A stretch of 64,000 nt of DNA from Balanoglossus misakiensis. Taxonomy: Eukaryota > Animalia > Hemichordata. This document shows, one piece after another, positions 24,621 to 39,000 of the stretch. Numbering within the stretch: the stretch's first letter is position 1; every line of letters starts with the position of its first letter. The notes beneath the pieces are model-generated. The model was not told where the DNA came from. It did no database searches and was given only the letters and a program-made list of their open reading frames with translations. The stretch spans positions 4,454,783-4,518,782 of the forward strand of contig CM082580.2 of assembly GCA_040954595.2 (NCBI GenBank), given 5' to 3'. The position numbers and the translations under genes were made by a program.

Positions 24621-27012
24621 ACAGCGTAATATGAGATTATCACGCCATTTACGAAAGACTATCTCGTTGTGCAATCAAACTATGCGCTTGGAACCACTCT
24701 GTTGAACTGGAAAACACAATACCTAAAATGCATCTTAAGACTATTTCAATATTTGTCCATTCGAGAACCACGTTTTACTTATTTAATCTACCCTCTTCGG
24801 GGGAAATAAGCAGTAAGCTTGGTTTAAATAAGATGTACATCAAATCCCCGGTTATTAAAACGATAAGCTTATATACTTAAGAGACGTACAGAGGTACGCA
24901 GAGGGCTTAACTGCTGAATAAAATAAGATCATCATAGTATCATTAATACAATAGTTTTGTCGCCCACGGTACTTGCATAGAACGCAGTGTCATGCTGAAC
25001 CATATTGAAGCGAAATCTCTAAACAGAGACAAGTTGAGGAATAAAAGTCATTCAGAAGGGCCATAAGTGCTGTAAACGTCTTTCATGGAAACTACCGAAC
25101 CATTGGTCTAGACTGTATACAGGATAGTAAAAGTATTCATTGGGTTCATGAAGATTCAAATTGACCGATCGCACAGTGGCAAGGGGTGGGGTTCTTTCCT
25201 TGCAAAGCTTTTCAGGGATATGCAATCATCAACTGTCAACATTGATTAATGTTATTCAAAAATCGATTTGACAGAGCCATAAATATGATAGCCGTACGCA
25301 CCAAAACTTAAACAGTTCATCCAGTACACAACGTGTACGGAACATATTCAGCGACAGTGTTTCATTTTATTTTTAACAGAGATCAGTGGCTAGATTAAAG
25401 TACATGTCTGACACAAAATAAAACGCACAAAACAGACGATCCGCGAATGCTTAACAAGCAAGGGCAATCATGAAAAAATCGAATATGAAATAAATAAATA
25501 TCATGGGTGAGAAGTATTACTTGGATTAAAAATATCGATGCAAAATATTAATAACGTTCAGTCATTCACCTTTGTCACATAATCTTAAAGTACTTTGTGA
25601 TAACTAATACCATTTTTCACATTGTCACACAACATTCAGTAGAACTCATTACTTATTCGATCAACAAGATAAGGAGATTTGTAGCGAAATGAATATTTTA
25701 CATACAGAAGAGCTCTCCGATGGAGTTAACCCAATTTATTGAACTTAAGCTATGAAATCCTCTTTCGTGATCATTTCTATGATATGAGTCACATTTTCCT
25801 TTAACTGGAACGCTGTTCACATTAATTAGGCATGGACAGGTACTTGATTAGAACACATCATTTTATACTTAGATCCTGTTAATATCGCTACCCTATACTA
25901 GAAAGCAGTATAAAACCACCGTCAATTACTCATTGCAATGTTTGTTAAAAAGCACAACAAATATATTGTGTCTTTGAAAGATAACATCGAACATCTATAT
26001 CGAGTGTACTTTTCGGTGATAAACCCCAGTCAAAACATCACATCAAAGGAAGTCGTGTTTAAGTAGTGCCTGCGGATAATGGCACCGTCGCGGCGAAAAA
26101 CTATGGATATTCTTTGATGTACTTGTTTTGACATGTTATTGAAGTGAGCAAATGGATTTGAATACGTGTTTTGAAGATAGGAAGACTTAAAGTCTCAAAC
26201 CACTCCTGGGTTGTCAATGCCCCCAAGTAGCAAAAACAGTGTAGGCGGTAAATAGTCAAAACTTTCCATAAACTTAGAATAAGCGCTTCTGTTTGGTGTA
26301 CTAACACTAGTTACTATAGGAAACCTTCCTATATCTTGGCAAAAGAGCATCGCACGGGTTAGTAATAATTAAAGATCGAAGTCACCAATTCCTTTCATGA
26401 CCTTTCATCTTGTTTTTCTCTCTCCGAATATGGAATCTATATCATTACCCTAGGGATGTATGTCACGTCTCTCCCTCCTCCGCCATCTGTCTCAGTGAAT
26501 CTTTTAAGGTGTTCCGCAAGCTTTCAGTTTTCGTTAAACGATTATGGCTTGGCTCTTTAAGGCGGCGAATTTCCAGGCGTAGGCATACACTGCAATTTGC
26601 AAAATTTTAGACCATAGACAATGCAGTTCTGCTTTCAGGGGTGCAATATGTCGTAGTGAGATCACACTAACAGTTGTCCCGTAACTCATTCATAATATAT
26701 CAAGCGCCTGTTTATAGTGACCCAGTGTAAAGTTAACGTTTTCGTTGAAACTTATACGAAGCACATGAAATACACATTATAAAATGGACGTCGTGCCTTA
26801 CAGGTTTTAGGGCTGCCATCATTGGCTGCGGCTGTAATTTATGCAATGGCAATGTAGAAGAGGACTTGGTTGCTGGGCAACATTTGCATATATTTAGTAT
26901 CCACAGTTTATATGTTTGGCCCAGCAGTCAGACCGCGCACTGTGAGTGACAAACATGATTTGAACCGAATCGTTACAACTTGAAGTTTGATGTGGAAAGC
27001 ATATTTGTTGAG

Positions 27013-30000
27013 ATGTCAATTTTACGCGATAAACGGCACGGAAAAGTTGCTCTTGTGGTTTGGTTTGGTACACTATTAATAGCTATTTCTATCAAGGTAA
27101 GAATATGTTTAATTCATTGTGAAACTCTAGCTACGTGATGTTTGCTGCTTGTTGAGTTCTGAAACTAATTCCCCTCCATCGATACTAAACCTTTCTCCCA
27201 AATTTATAGTGTAATTAACCAATGGACGCAAAAATTATCATTGAATTCTGAAAAATTAAACAATATAGGTGCGAGACTGACTTTTTCATCTAAAAAGCTG
27301 AATCTCCAGATAACATTGCCAATTACGTCATCAATTGAACTATTTCCAATATATTCTATTACGGAATATTAGACTAATAATACCTGAAAAAAAACGTGGG
27401 GTCAAAATCGCTCATTTACCAAAACAAATTTGCGATTGAATTGTTTTCATACTCCTTTTCATCTAAAACGTGAATTACGAATCCCCCCGATAGCATTGCC
27501 AATACATGTACGTCAACATTGTTCACATCCAGGCACAGTCTATAGAAGGGCCGAATCTATGTGAAGAATTGTGGAAAATAGGACCGTATGACGAACAAGT
27601 CTGCGCTTGTCCAAGTGGTTTCACACCTGTTGAGAGTTCACACCAATGCAAAGGTGAGATCTATAAGCGAATTGCCCTTTTGCCCAACAAGACGGAATAA
27701 CTCCTTTAGCAGTCTTGTGATGGATAAACTTTTGACATGACGGCGTCATAATAAAACACCGACCCTGTAGAATATGCTGTTTGAATTTGGCATTAGTGGA
27801 TGGACGTTTGTACTTCCATATACAAAATGTAACCATTTTACTGTCAAAATACAGGTAATATAATTCTAGTTCCACTCCTCTTTTCCTTATTTAAGAAAGT
27901 GTTTGCTATTTTCAGATATCGACGAATGTGACACTACGAATGGTACCTGCAATCACATCTGTGAAAATACGATTGGATCATACTACTGTGCGTGTTACGC
28001 AGGTTATGAGTTACAGGATGATGGCAAGACCTGTGAAGGTGACGGACAGCACTAAATTTCTTGCATTAATTAATTCATTAGTTAATTAATAAATCAATCA
28101 ATTAATTAATTAATTAATTAATTAATTAATAAATAAATTTAATTAATTTCTATTTGTTTACAAATTCATTTTATACTGGCATCCCACAGGCAAATCCCGA
28201 CAACTGGATAAAATGTAGTATATGGCATGTTCACTAAGTCACCCTGTTTTCATTAAATTAGAAAAAAACAGAAGTTGCAGGGTTTCAAAATACAGTACAT
28301 TTCGGGAAAACGCCCATTCAAGATTTTAAGGAGATCTGATTTCAGATATATGGACTGGACTGCAGGGCTTTCCCCAATGCCTGAGAATGTCTTCGTCTGT
28401 CGTGAAATGTAAATTACAACAAATATCGGGTTTGAAAACTTGACATCATAGAAAATTGGTCGAATTCCCAAATGCGAATGGATGTTTCATTATATAGGCC
28501 AACGTGTGTATCACGTACGTGTAAACCATTGTTTCCACAGTTTGTGCTGTCAGCTGCATGGACGGCATATGTTTACCTGAAAGCTATCGATGTGACAATG
28601 TCCGTGACTGTGAAAATGGCGAAGATGAAGAGGGATGTCAAAGTAAGTAAATAGCATTAATCAAATATTGTCTGGATATACGAGCTGATTTATATATATT
28701 TTACAACTATATTAGCTACAATTTCACAATCTGTATGGCAGCTGCTGAGTTAATGGACAATGATATTTTCTTGTCTTCGACTAGTATGTGAAGGGGGAGA
28801 CTTCCTTTGCAGCGACGGGACGTGCATTGCGAACTACAAGATTTGTGATGGATCGATTGACTGTGATAATGATGAGACAGCGTGTGAGGGTGAGTATTGC
28901 GCACAAACTAAGCCAAAACTAAGCCTCGCTCGACAATAAATTTTGGCTTGCACGGATTCGACGTAAGGTTTAGGTACAGATGTTACATAGTTCCAGCGTT
29001 AGGTTCATGCACAGTGCCTTCACAAACGGGACTGTGGTTATGGGAAGGCGTAAACTTAGTCGATTCGACGATAGGTTACTACAAGGTATTGTAGGGGGTT
29101 GAATAATTAAAATGGGTACATTTTCGTAGTCGTATATGACATCGTCCTAACAATCTGAGCTCGTTGCGCATATTCTTTTTTTTTGAGAATTCACAAGGTA
29201 AATAATACAAAATGTGATAATGTTTACAGTACATTTGAAGGTAATTTTCATTTTTTGACACTATTTCAACAGCAGTCACAGCATCAACAACAATAACAAA
29301 ATTGTGAACTTCTGTTTCCTCAAACAGAATGCGGAATGAACAAGTTTGCCTGTGATAATGGAACCCGATGCCTCGAGATTTCTGACGTGTGCGATTATTG
29401 GAACGGTTGTGAGGACGGAGAGGACCAAAAACATTGTGGAGGTAAAATTGGCTGAATATTACAGAGTTGCGTTAACATATTTATGTAAACCCCCCCCCCC
29501 CCCCCACACACACACACGAGATTTGAGTTGTCATTAAATTCCACCGGCATGGCGATGTATACATGTTTGAGTGCGACGGTACAGGCCTGTGACCAGTAAA
29601 TAAGTCAACAACACTGTCCAATCAAAAATGAAGATGTTCTGAAAAGGCTCGATAACATAATTGTATAGTGTTGCTTGTTAAAGAAATTACGAAACGTCCA
29701 CTATCATTCCGTGTGCGCATTTCTATCGTTGTGTGGTTGGTTGCCTGTTTTCTAGTGTTTCTGGTGATTTCTCTTAAAGTGTGATTAGCATAATGCAATA
29801 ACAAAACAAACCCATGGCGATCGAGATCGTGCAAACAAGAAGTTCCGGGGTTATTTCTACTCGTGCTGGCAGTGTATTCTTGCTGCATCCATTTGCACTC
29901 GCTGTGTGCGCTCGTGTGACGACGGCCGCAGAATACACTAACAGCCCTCGTGCAAACCACCCCCGGTACGTCGTGTTTGCACAATCTCACCATGGTGTTC

Positions 30001-33000
30001 TGTCAACGATAACTACAAACCAGTAAGGTATTCAAACAGGGAAACGGCAGCAGCAAATTTTCTCCACACAAACATAACTTGGAAAAGGTCTTGATTTTCA
30101 CTATGTTTCGCTAAACTCACAAAATTCTAACCAGCTCTGTTCAAATCAGCTTAAGCAAACATAACCATGCAGAAAATAAAAGTATATAATTCGTGCGTTT
30201 TTCTCTCCTCGCTCTGACATCCTTAGTTTGCGCAGTGAGTGAATTCCAATGTGGCAGCGGAGAGTGTATACCATCACATTGGGTCTGTAACTACTGGGCG
30301 AGCTGTTTGGATGGTTCTGATGAGTTTGACTGTGATCATGAAGGTATGGAAAGATGCATATCATGTCTTATGATTCATGCCATTGTGAGCTATCGTTCCC
30401 GTATATAATTTTTTGGCTCTATTTACATCACATCAGAAATTATCTCATAGTTGGCCGTTTGTATGCGATTAATTATATTTTTTGCCTTGAGTATTTTTGT
30501 TGTTTGGGTTTAAAACAACAACACCTCGCACTGTATTCGATTTGACCAGCTGTTTTATATATACAGCAACTAGCAAATTATCCCTGAATGTAGTGCGCTT
30601 CTTGGAGAGAGCCATTTTTCCCTGTAAACTCGTAACGTAGGCTAAACGTTGAAAGTTTATAGCATTGAGAAGCCTTTCGTCTTATTTTAGAGTACGTCAC
30701 TGGAAGCATGTATGGCAATAATCGATTGCAACATTCTCCCCTGTTGGCTAATTGCCCCCTTGCCTTTATATAACTTTTCCAAATAACACACGGGCAAGTT
30801 TAACAGTGTTGTATCTTATAGCGGATAGTAGCGTGATATAACATAATAGATTAACGTGAAAATTATTATGAATTTAAATCTCACGTGAGTAATCTGTCCA
30901 GTAGGAAACTGTTTTTAATTTGTCAGATGGCAATCTTGCTCGCGGAAAAGTGGCCACCCAAAGCAGTACATACGATGACGATGACGCCGAAAAAGCCGTC
31001 GACGGAATTCGGGCACCTTGGAGCTACATGGAGAGCTGTTCCCACACAGAACTGGACTATGAACCTTGGTGGCGAGTTGATTTGCAAAAGGAATATCAAA
31101 TATTCAGAGTCGACATTATAAACAGAGAGGACTGCTGTAGTGAGTAAACGTTCAATTCTCACTGACTAAAATTAGTAACAACGGTACAAGTTGAATCTGC
31201 AAAACTACCCTATTTTCAGAGTTGACGTAGCATGAATTAAAGACTAACTGATTTGGCGGCAGCAGCAGCAACAACAACAACAACAACATATGTTTTTGAA
31301 CCTCTATATGATTACCAACGAAGCACGAATAAACATATAAATAAAATAAATCCATATTGTAAAATCAACAAGTAAAATATCATTAATTTGTTCCAAAGCA
31401 GCCACACAAACTAAATATTTTACATGTTAGTAGATCTATAGTGACATTATCGAATCACTTTCATGTTCTGATCCACGCTAGTCCCTATTTAGCATTAATG
31501 TTTTGTTTTCTGTTTCATTTTTATGTTACCAGGGCAACGTTTAGTTGGTGCTGAAGTGCGTGTTGGAAATCACCTTCTGCCTCACGACAACATAATTTGT
31601 GGAACTCCTTTGTATACAACCAACGAACGACCTTTTGTTCTTAATTGTCAACACAAAATAAGCGGACGATACGTCGGTGTTATGTTACCACGCCGATCGG
31701 AGTACCTGACCCTCTGCGAAGTTGAAGTCTATGGTGCAGGTTGTTGGACATTTCTATTTAACCTTCAGTTCATTTTCATTTGATATCAATTGATATAAAA
31801 CGTCACCTTGCAATTTTTACAGCTGCTTTCTTTCTAAAATATCGCAGCAGCTGGTATGAGAAGTCCCAACGGCAATGTACTGTCAGTTGACATCTGCACA
31901 AGCTTTATTTATACTGAGAGGAAATGCATTCCAACAACTCTTGCAGGGTACTTTATTTAATCCACTTGTCAAATTATGTTTCAAAAGAACCAGAATGTCT
32001 CCCGTTAGTCGATGACTGATACCGGTACATGCGTTTTGTTTCATGCTATCATTAAAGAGGAGGTTCTACTCTGTATAGATTTTATGCAAATTAGGTACCT
32101 ACGTTATGACTGTATAGCCACATAATTGCACTGGAAATTAAGGCGTACTTGTATTAGAACAGTAGTATGCCGTGGCAGTAAACGCTATTTTTAAATGAAG
32201 GGAAAATTGGCATAATAATGTCAGAGTGACTTTAACTTAGAACCCTGGACATTTTTTTGATGCAGATAGAAACAACTGTTGTGATGGCAACATAACACTG
32301 TGTAACACGATGGATTCAGCTGGACGTGCTTGCTGTGCCGGCTACCGGGCAAGAGGCAATGGGTGCGAAGGTACGGATGACAGTTTACCTAATGGCTAAC
32401 TCCATTTTTGAAATATTTATGAACATTTGACTTTCAATCAAGATGAATAACAGTCTGCCTTCAAATCCCATTTAATTTCAATGATGAACCTTTGAGCCAT
32501 TGTTGCCCTGTCTGTACAGTCATGCTGTCTTTGCGAGCAGAGAGCTAAACAATGTGTTTCAGGATTTTGTGGGTGACGAATGTTGGAGAACAAATGTAAA
32601 GTTGTTTACTGTATGCGGAGGAAGCACATTAATAAGGAATTAATGTACAGCTTTAATTTTGTGTTGACTTACAGACATAGACGAATGTGAACTGATTGAA
32701 ATCAATTCCACTTGTGATCACGCATGCGTGAATACCCCTGGTTCATTCTACTGTGCCTGCAACGATGGATATCATTTACTTCGTGATGGCAAGACATGTG
32801 CGCGTAAGTAATTTGTTAAATTGTCTACAGCAACTATATTGAACTTAAAGGGACAAAGTCTCTCTCTCGCTGCCCTTTTTCTCATTAAGTATGTTTGATG
32901 TAAGACACCGTTTATGTTATACTACATGTAGATATAGAGTGAATCAACGTTCGACCACACACAACTTCCATCCCACTTGTAGACACGACAGTGAAAAATT

Positions 33001-36000
33001 CGCCAAAATGAATAATCGGTCTCAACTGTTTATTCATTTTGGCGAGATTTCTACTCTCATATCCTACAGACATAACATTAATGCTGTTTTGCGCACAGGC
33101 ATGTACAGACAAGTTGGGGTTTTAACATTTTAATTAGGATAGAGGTTTCCTTTCTGAAACATTATTGAATTGGTCATCTTTGATCCTTATGTTGAGTCTA
33201 TCGCTGGATTTACCCTTGCAGGAACCTCAAAGTTGGTACTGTTTGAAGATGTGAAAACCTATTATGACGCATTTTTATCATGTGAAAGTATTGGTATGAC
33301 TTTAATGAAAATCCGAAATTGGCGGGAACAGCGAGACGTAGCAGGTATCATTATGGATCGATTTTATCGCAGCGCACTGTGGATTGACGGAAGAGTTTCC
33401 GACTATGCAACTCAAGAGGTTCAATCCAGCGATGGAACGATATCACAATTTGAAGCATTTGATGTTGGGGAGCCTAGTGGAAATGGTCCTTGCATCAATT
33501 TTTATAGGTATGAAATGTTTTGTATTGCATATAATACTGGTTTGATTGTGTGGTGCGTGTGTTCCAGAAAGGTAATTGCCCTCAATTTACATGTGCTCTT
33601 AAAGGGACAAAGTCTCTCTCTCACTGGGATTTTCCATTAATTATGTTTGATACAAGACACTGTTTATGTTATTCTACATGTGGATATATGGTGAATCAAC
33701 TTTCGACCACACACAACTTCCATCTCGTTTGTAGGATATGAGAGTCAAAACTCGCCCAAAATGAATAAATGGTAAAGAACAATTATTCATTTTGGCGAGT
33801 TTTTTCACTCTCCTGTCTATAAGAGGGATCGAAGTTCTGTGTGGTTGAACGTTCATTCACTATATATCCACATGTAGAATAACAAACGTTGTCTCTTATC
33901 AAATATAATTAATGGAAAAAAGGGCAGCGAGGGAGAGACTTTGTCCCTTTAAATAGTTAATGGGTGTCGCAACGTCTTTCATTGACCATGGTGTGGAGCA
34001 CCTTTTTATCTGGCTTCCAAAGCGATATGTGTATTATGGGCTACATCCCCCAGCTAGATTTCCCAAGGAAATTTAGCACAGACTGTGTGTGAGGCGTATT
34101 ACTATAACATTTCATATCTGTGGTAGAGAGTTACCAAACGAAAAGTTGACAAAAGTTAGTATTAATGATGTGCCTTGAAACTATGACGTTTCAGGGTAAC
34201 CAAGACTTTATACATATGGGATGACGATTGGTGTGATAACACGAAGTCATACGTTTGTGAACAGAAACCAGGTAAAACCGTATTTACAACACATATGCAG
34301 CGGTTCTCTTTAAATTCTAATGGCAATGCCATTTGTTATCACATACACAAGCCAGATTGTTATTTCTAAACAAAAAACTCTGTACTTCATATTGTTGTCG
34401 GTCTACGCCTCGACATAACGTAGCAATGTCACCACAACATTACTCCAGGGCCTGGAGATTTATATTTCGAGGTCTCAGATTAAAGGCCCATGAGCTGAAA
34501 CTTTTGTGAAATTATCATGAAATCAATTTTCAAAGTGTTCTCATATTAGCCCACGCATGAATGCGTGTAAAAAGCATACGCCCACACATATGTGTAGAGT
34601 TCATGGCTTACATTCATTTTCATTACAGATGATTGTAAGGTTCCAGTGGTCCGTGTCGGTTGTAGCAATATTTGTAAACACAAGCTGGGTTATCTAATAT
34701 GCCCATGTATCACAAGGGAGTACCAGTACATTGGAAAAGACCAAAGTGTCAGACGCTGCGCTGGTCAGTGAAATGTTGCTTTATTGTCACATTTGTTTGA
34801 AAAAGAAGTGGTGTCTAGTGCATATGGACGTATTAGCTTTGGCTCTTTGGTGAAGATTTGTAGTCATTGTTTGTGAACATAAAGTTTTTTGCATGACCTA
34901 CTAGATGTTTAAAATGTCGCTTAAAAATTAGTGAAAAGCATATCAGTAATATTGTTATTACTTCTTCCTATAGGAGTGGAGGATTGTGTGACTCCAAATG
35001 GTAGAATTAATAAATGTGACGACGTTTGCACCAGACAAGTGGACAATATCTACTCAAGTTCAGCTTTATCAAATGCGTGCATTGGTAATATTGACCTTTA
35101 GCATGCATGATTACTTATGTTAACTACATATTTACGTATACTATAAAAAGCTAACACATTCTTAGGCAAATTTATTTTACCCACCCACTGATGTGCATTG
35201 ACACGAACATGATACCTGTATGCATCATTATGCATGATGTCCATTTACTTTTTGATGATGCATGATGTCTAATGTGTTGATCTGACTAGAAGCAAGTTAG
35301 AGAAAGCCTGTCTCTATTCACGATGGATATCATCCTTAGAGAATTGTCTCTGGAAATCCTAATCCCACGATTCCAACAACAACAAAGGAATAAATAATTT
35401 ATTGCGTTTCAAGACCTCGGGTCCAAATGCATGGAGAACATCCCGTTCTCAAATAAAGTGAACCATCGCACAAATACAGATTGAGTGCTAATTTCAGAAT
35501 TACAGAGAAAGTTAAACAATGTAATACACTCTATGCAGGACAGGTGGCTGTTCTCACAGCCATAGCTTTATAGACATAGTGACAAATGTTCAGTAGTACC
35601 TGTGAATCTGTGGAGCTCATAAGCCTTTTGAATTTGTCGTAGTTTGGGTCAAGGAAATCACTTCGTGGTAAATATTTCATTCTGATGCTGTTATAAAGAG
35701 AACAGATTAACAAAAAATGGTACTCGTCCTCAATATCACCAGAGTTACATAACTTACAAAACCTATGGTTTGGGTCAACTCCCCGATGACGCCCCTCCTC
35801 TATCGCTAGAGGGAGAGACGAACATCTGAAGCGAGCAAGAACCTGTATAAATTTTACATTACAGTTCAAAGTTAAATACCTTTCAGGTTCAAGAATACTT
35901 TTGAATGTACAGTATGTGCGTAACTTAGGTTTGTTTGTTGCATTAATTGACCATTGTTGTTTACATATATCAATAACCCTAGAGTGAAAATAACTGAGAA

Positions 36001-39000
36001 AAATGTCTTTGTTGCCCACCTTCTGGGCAATCCAGGCATAACCAAACCCATGTGAATAAAGAATATGTTTGATTGAATGTTGCCCACCTTCTGGGCAATC
36101 CAGGCATAACCAAACCCATGTGAATAAAGAATATGTTTGATTGAAGAGACCCATGTATGCCTCCCTAAGTTATCGAGATTTCTTAACATATTGTAAGCAT
36201 GTCTGGGGAGTCTATCTGTTGGCATCTCAATAAGCTTTAACCAGTAGCCAATACATTTCCGTAGGGTCTAACAACAAAGGATCACCCCAGAAGTAGTAAC
36301 GTCACACACACACCTTTCTATAATTTGTATGCTTTCACCTACAGTATTCAACGACGCCTGCAGTGGCGATGAAACCCTTTACCTGTCGGAGGCTGACATA
36401 GGTCTTATAAGTTATAGACCTAGTAAACAACAGCTCTGTACTTGGACAGTAATTGTACCAAAAGGTGGGTTCATTTATGAATGGTTGACCACTTGTTGGT
36501 CATCGATAATGTTGCTGCAGACTTTAACTATACCAATTCTCTGTTGTTAACTCTTAAATTGACTTACCAGGAGACCATTGAAAATGCACAAATAAAAAGA
36601 TTTGTAAAATAGACTAAATTAGTTCAACTTACTCAGGAAAAACCACACGTTGTTGCCTTTACTGTAAATAGCATTAAAATTTTCATCCCAGCGTAACCAA
36701 TGTAGAACTAATTAAGATACTTGTTAACGATCACAATTACTGAGCCATCTATAACTGTTGATACTGGCGAAATCACTTGGCTATTAAAGACTTTTTTCTT
36801 TTCACAGGAAAGATAATTACACTGTTCATTCATTATTACCATCGTGTTGGCGACTGCATACCTCCACTATGTACTATCGACTATCTGGAGATAAATGACA
36901 ACGATGACAGCGAGTACGACCAGCTGGCTCTTATCTGTGGAGATGAGGAAAGTTTTCCAGAGGTGAGGTTTTTCTTGACATGTTTTGTAAATAATTGTAA
37001 CTGCCAATCCATAATGATTGCGAAAGTATTGGCCGTCATGAAGAAAATGTTGTATGTGGTATGCATTGCTTTCAATTGTACATCACTTGCAGCAATACCA
37101 GTAAATCGAAGCATCTTTTGGAATTACAGACGTGATCAATAATTGGTATTGCTAAATATGCGATCAGAATTTATATCTTAATTGTGGTGTTAGCGTTCAA
37201 ATACTTTGAATATCTCACCATCAGTAGATAGCATATCCTATTTTAGATGGCATTGACTTGTAAGGTACCATATCTATATGGAATTTTGCAACATATTTGT
37301 TTACATGTTTCCAGAAAATACAACATTGCTCTCCTACATCTGGAACTGGTACAAACGCCAATTAGACTAAACCAAGTTTTTACTAATCATACTTCCTGTA
37401 ACTCTACATGACAATACAGAAAATGGCCATCTCGTTGGTATGACAACATTCAGTCGCGTCCAGTGAACTTAAATATTGGCTAATAAATATTTAACAAGAA
37501 TCTACGTTGTGATTGATATTAATTAACTGTCACATTTCATGACTTTAGGTTGTATACAGTACCAGCGAAACCATGGTTATCAAGTTTACCAAACATGACG
37601 TTTATTTGCTGAGCCTTTTTCAACTTGTTGTGTTGCCAACAGGTAGGTGAATACTTTGCAAACGTATATACGCAAACTTGACATTAAGTATTTAAGAATA
37701 GTAACTCGTGCTTATGCTATACTTAGAATAGTTCCGCAGCGTCTGTTTGTGTACTTTAGATGTTTAGTGAAGTCTATCTATATCTTATTTCTCTCATTTT
37801 ATACAGACATACTCAACTGTCCAGAATCTATTGGCGAGAGCAACCTCAACTATGGAATAGCCACAGAGCTAGACCGACCGATGGTCATTATCGACAAGAC
37901 GATGAAATTACCATGTGTCGGGAAAATACAACAATGGCGGATTAATATTACTCAAGGAGAAGGGGACTACAGTGCTCTTTACCCGGGAATCTATCGCCGT
38001 AACCGAACAACTGGGTTCACGTTAGTTGGTCAAAATGAGATATTGGTACCAAATGGGCAGAGTGGAATAATGGATTTTGACATATCTGTAGACGAACGTC
38101 TTTCCTTTCAGCCTGGCGATTTCATTGGTAAGAGAAACTGTTTTTGTCAGTGCATGGATCTTTGACATAAGAGTTCTGCTTGTGACATGTCACAATTTGA
38201 TATCTGTGTGTAATGTTTTCAACCTTCCTTTAGCTCATAGTGCTTGCTCCCTAAAATACACCTCCCTGCTGTTACAGTAGAAAATACACTTGTGCTAAAC
38301 TTCTAAATTTTATATAATTCCTTAAACCCCAAACTTAAAATTAGTAAATTTAGTGATAATTCAATAAATAATTATTTTAAAAAAATATTACGAATTAGTA
38401 TACGTTTGATTACAAAAAGTCACACATATATATTAAAGTAGATTTTTTTTCTGATCACTGATAGAGATTCTTTATTGTTTATAGGTATCTATTACCCAAA
38501 TAAAGGTCACCTTCAAATGCGCGAAGGTTGCTACGCCTGCTCCATATGTGAAAGCAGGAACCTTTTAATGTCATCGACATCAGATGAAGTTCTTGTCGGG
38601 CAGACGTTTTCTGTCGAGATCCTGCCAGGCGCATACAGAATTCCAATACAGGCAGTACTGCAAACATGTACGTAGATGATGCCTTATGAAGTTTCAAAGA
38701 TATACAATATTACCTTGGGGTGACTTACAACGGTGTTTTGTCGCATAATGTGTGTGTCCTAACGATTTTTTTAAATGTTCTCCCAAGTGTGAAATAAAGA
38801 ACATATTATATTCTACCCGAAGAAAATAAGGAGGGGAGATAAGTAATCTAATTAATGCAAAATATTTGATTTTCAGATTGCATTTCTGAAGAATGTTCAG
38901 GTTGTGGAAGCAAAGCCACGTTCACAGAATTGGAGGGTACCTTTTACACGACAAACTTTGTAACAGGCGACACCAATTATTACGCGAACAGTTATTGCAA

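Noticed and set aside
26815-26895. CCAAT (attgg) and octamer (atttgcat) motifs upstream of the copy 2 ATG as promoter elements
   Set aside because: Short motifs are expected by chance in AT-rich DNA, and there is no TSS evidence.
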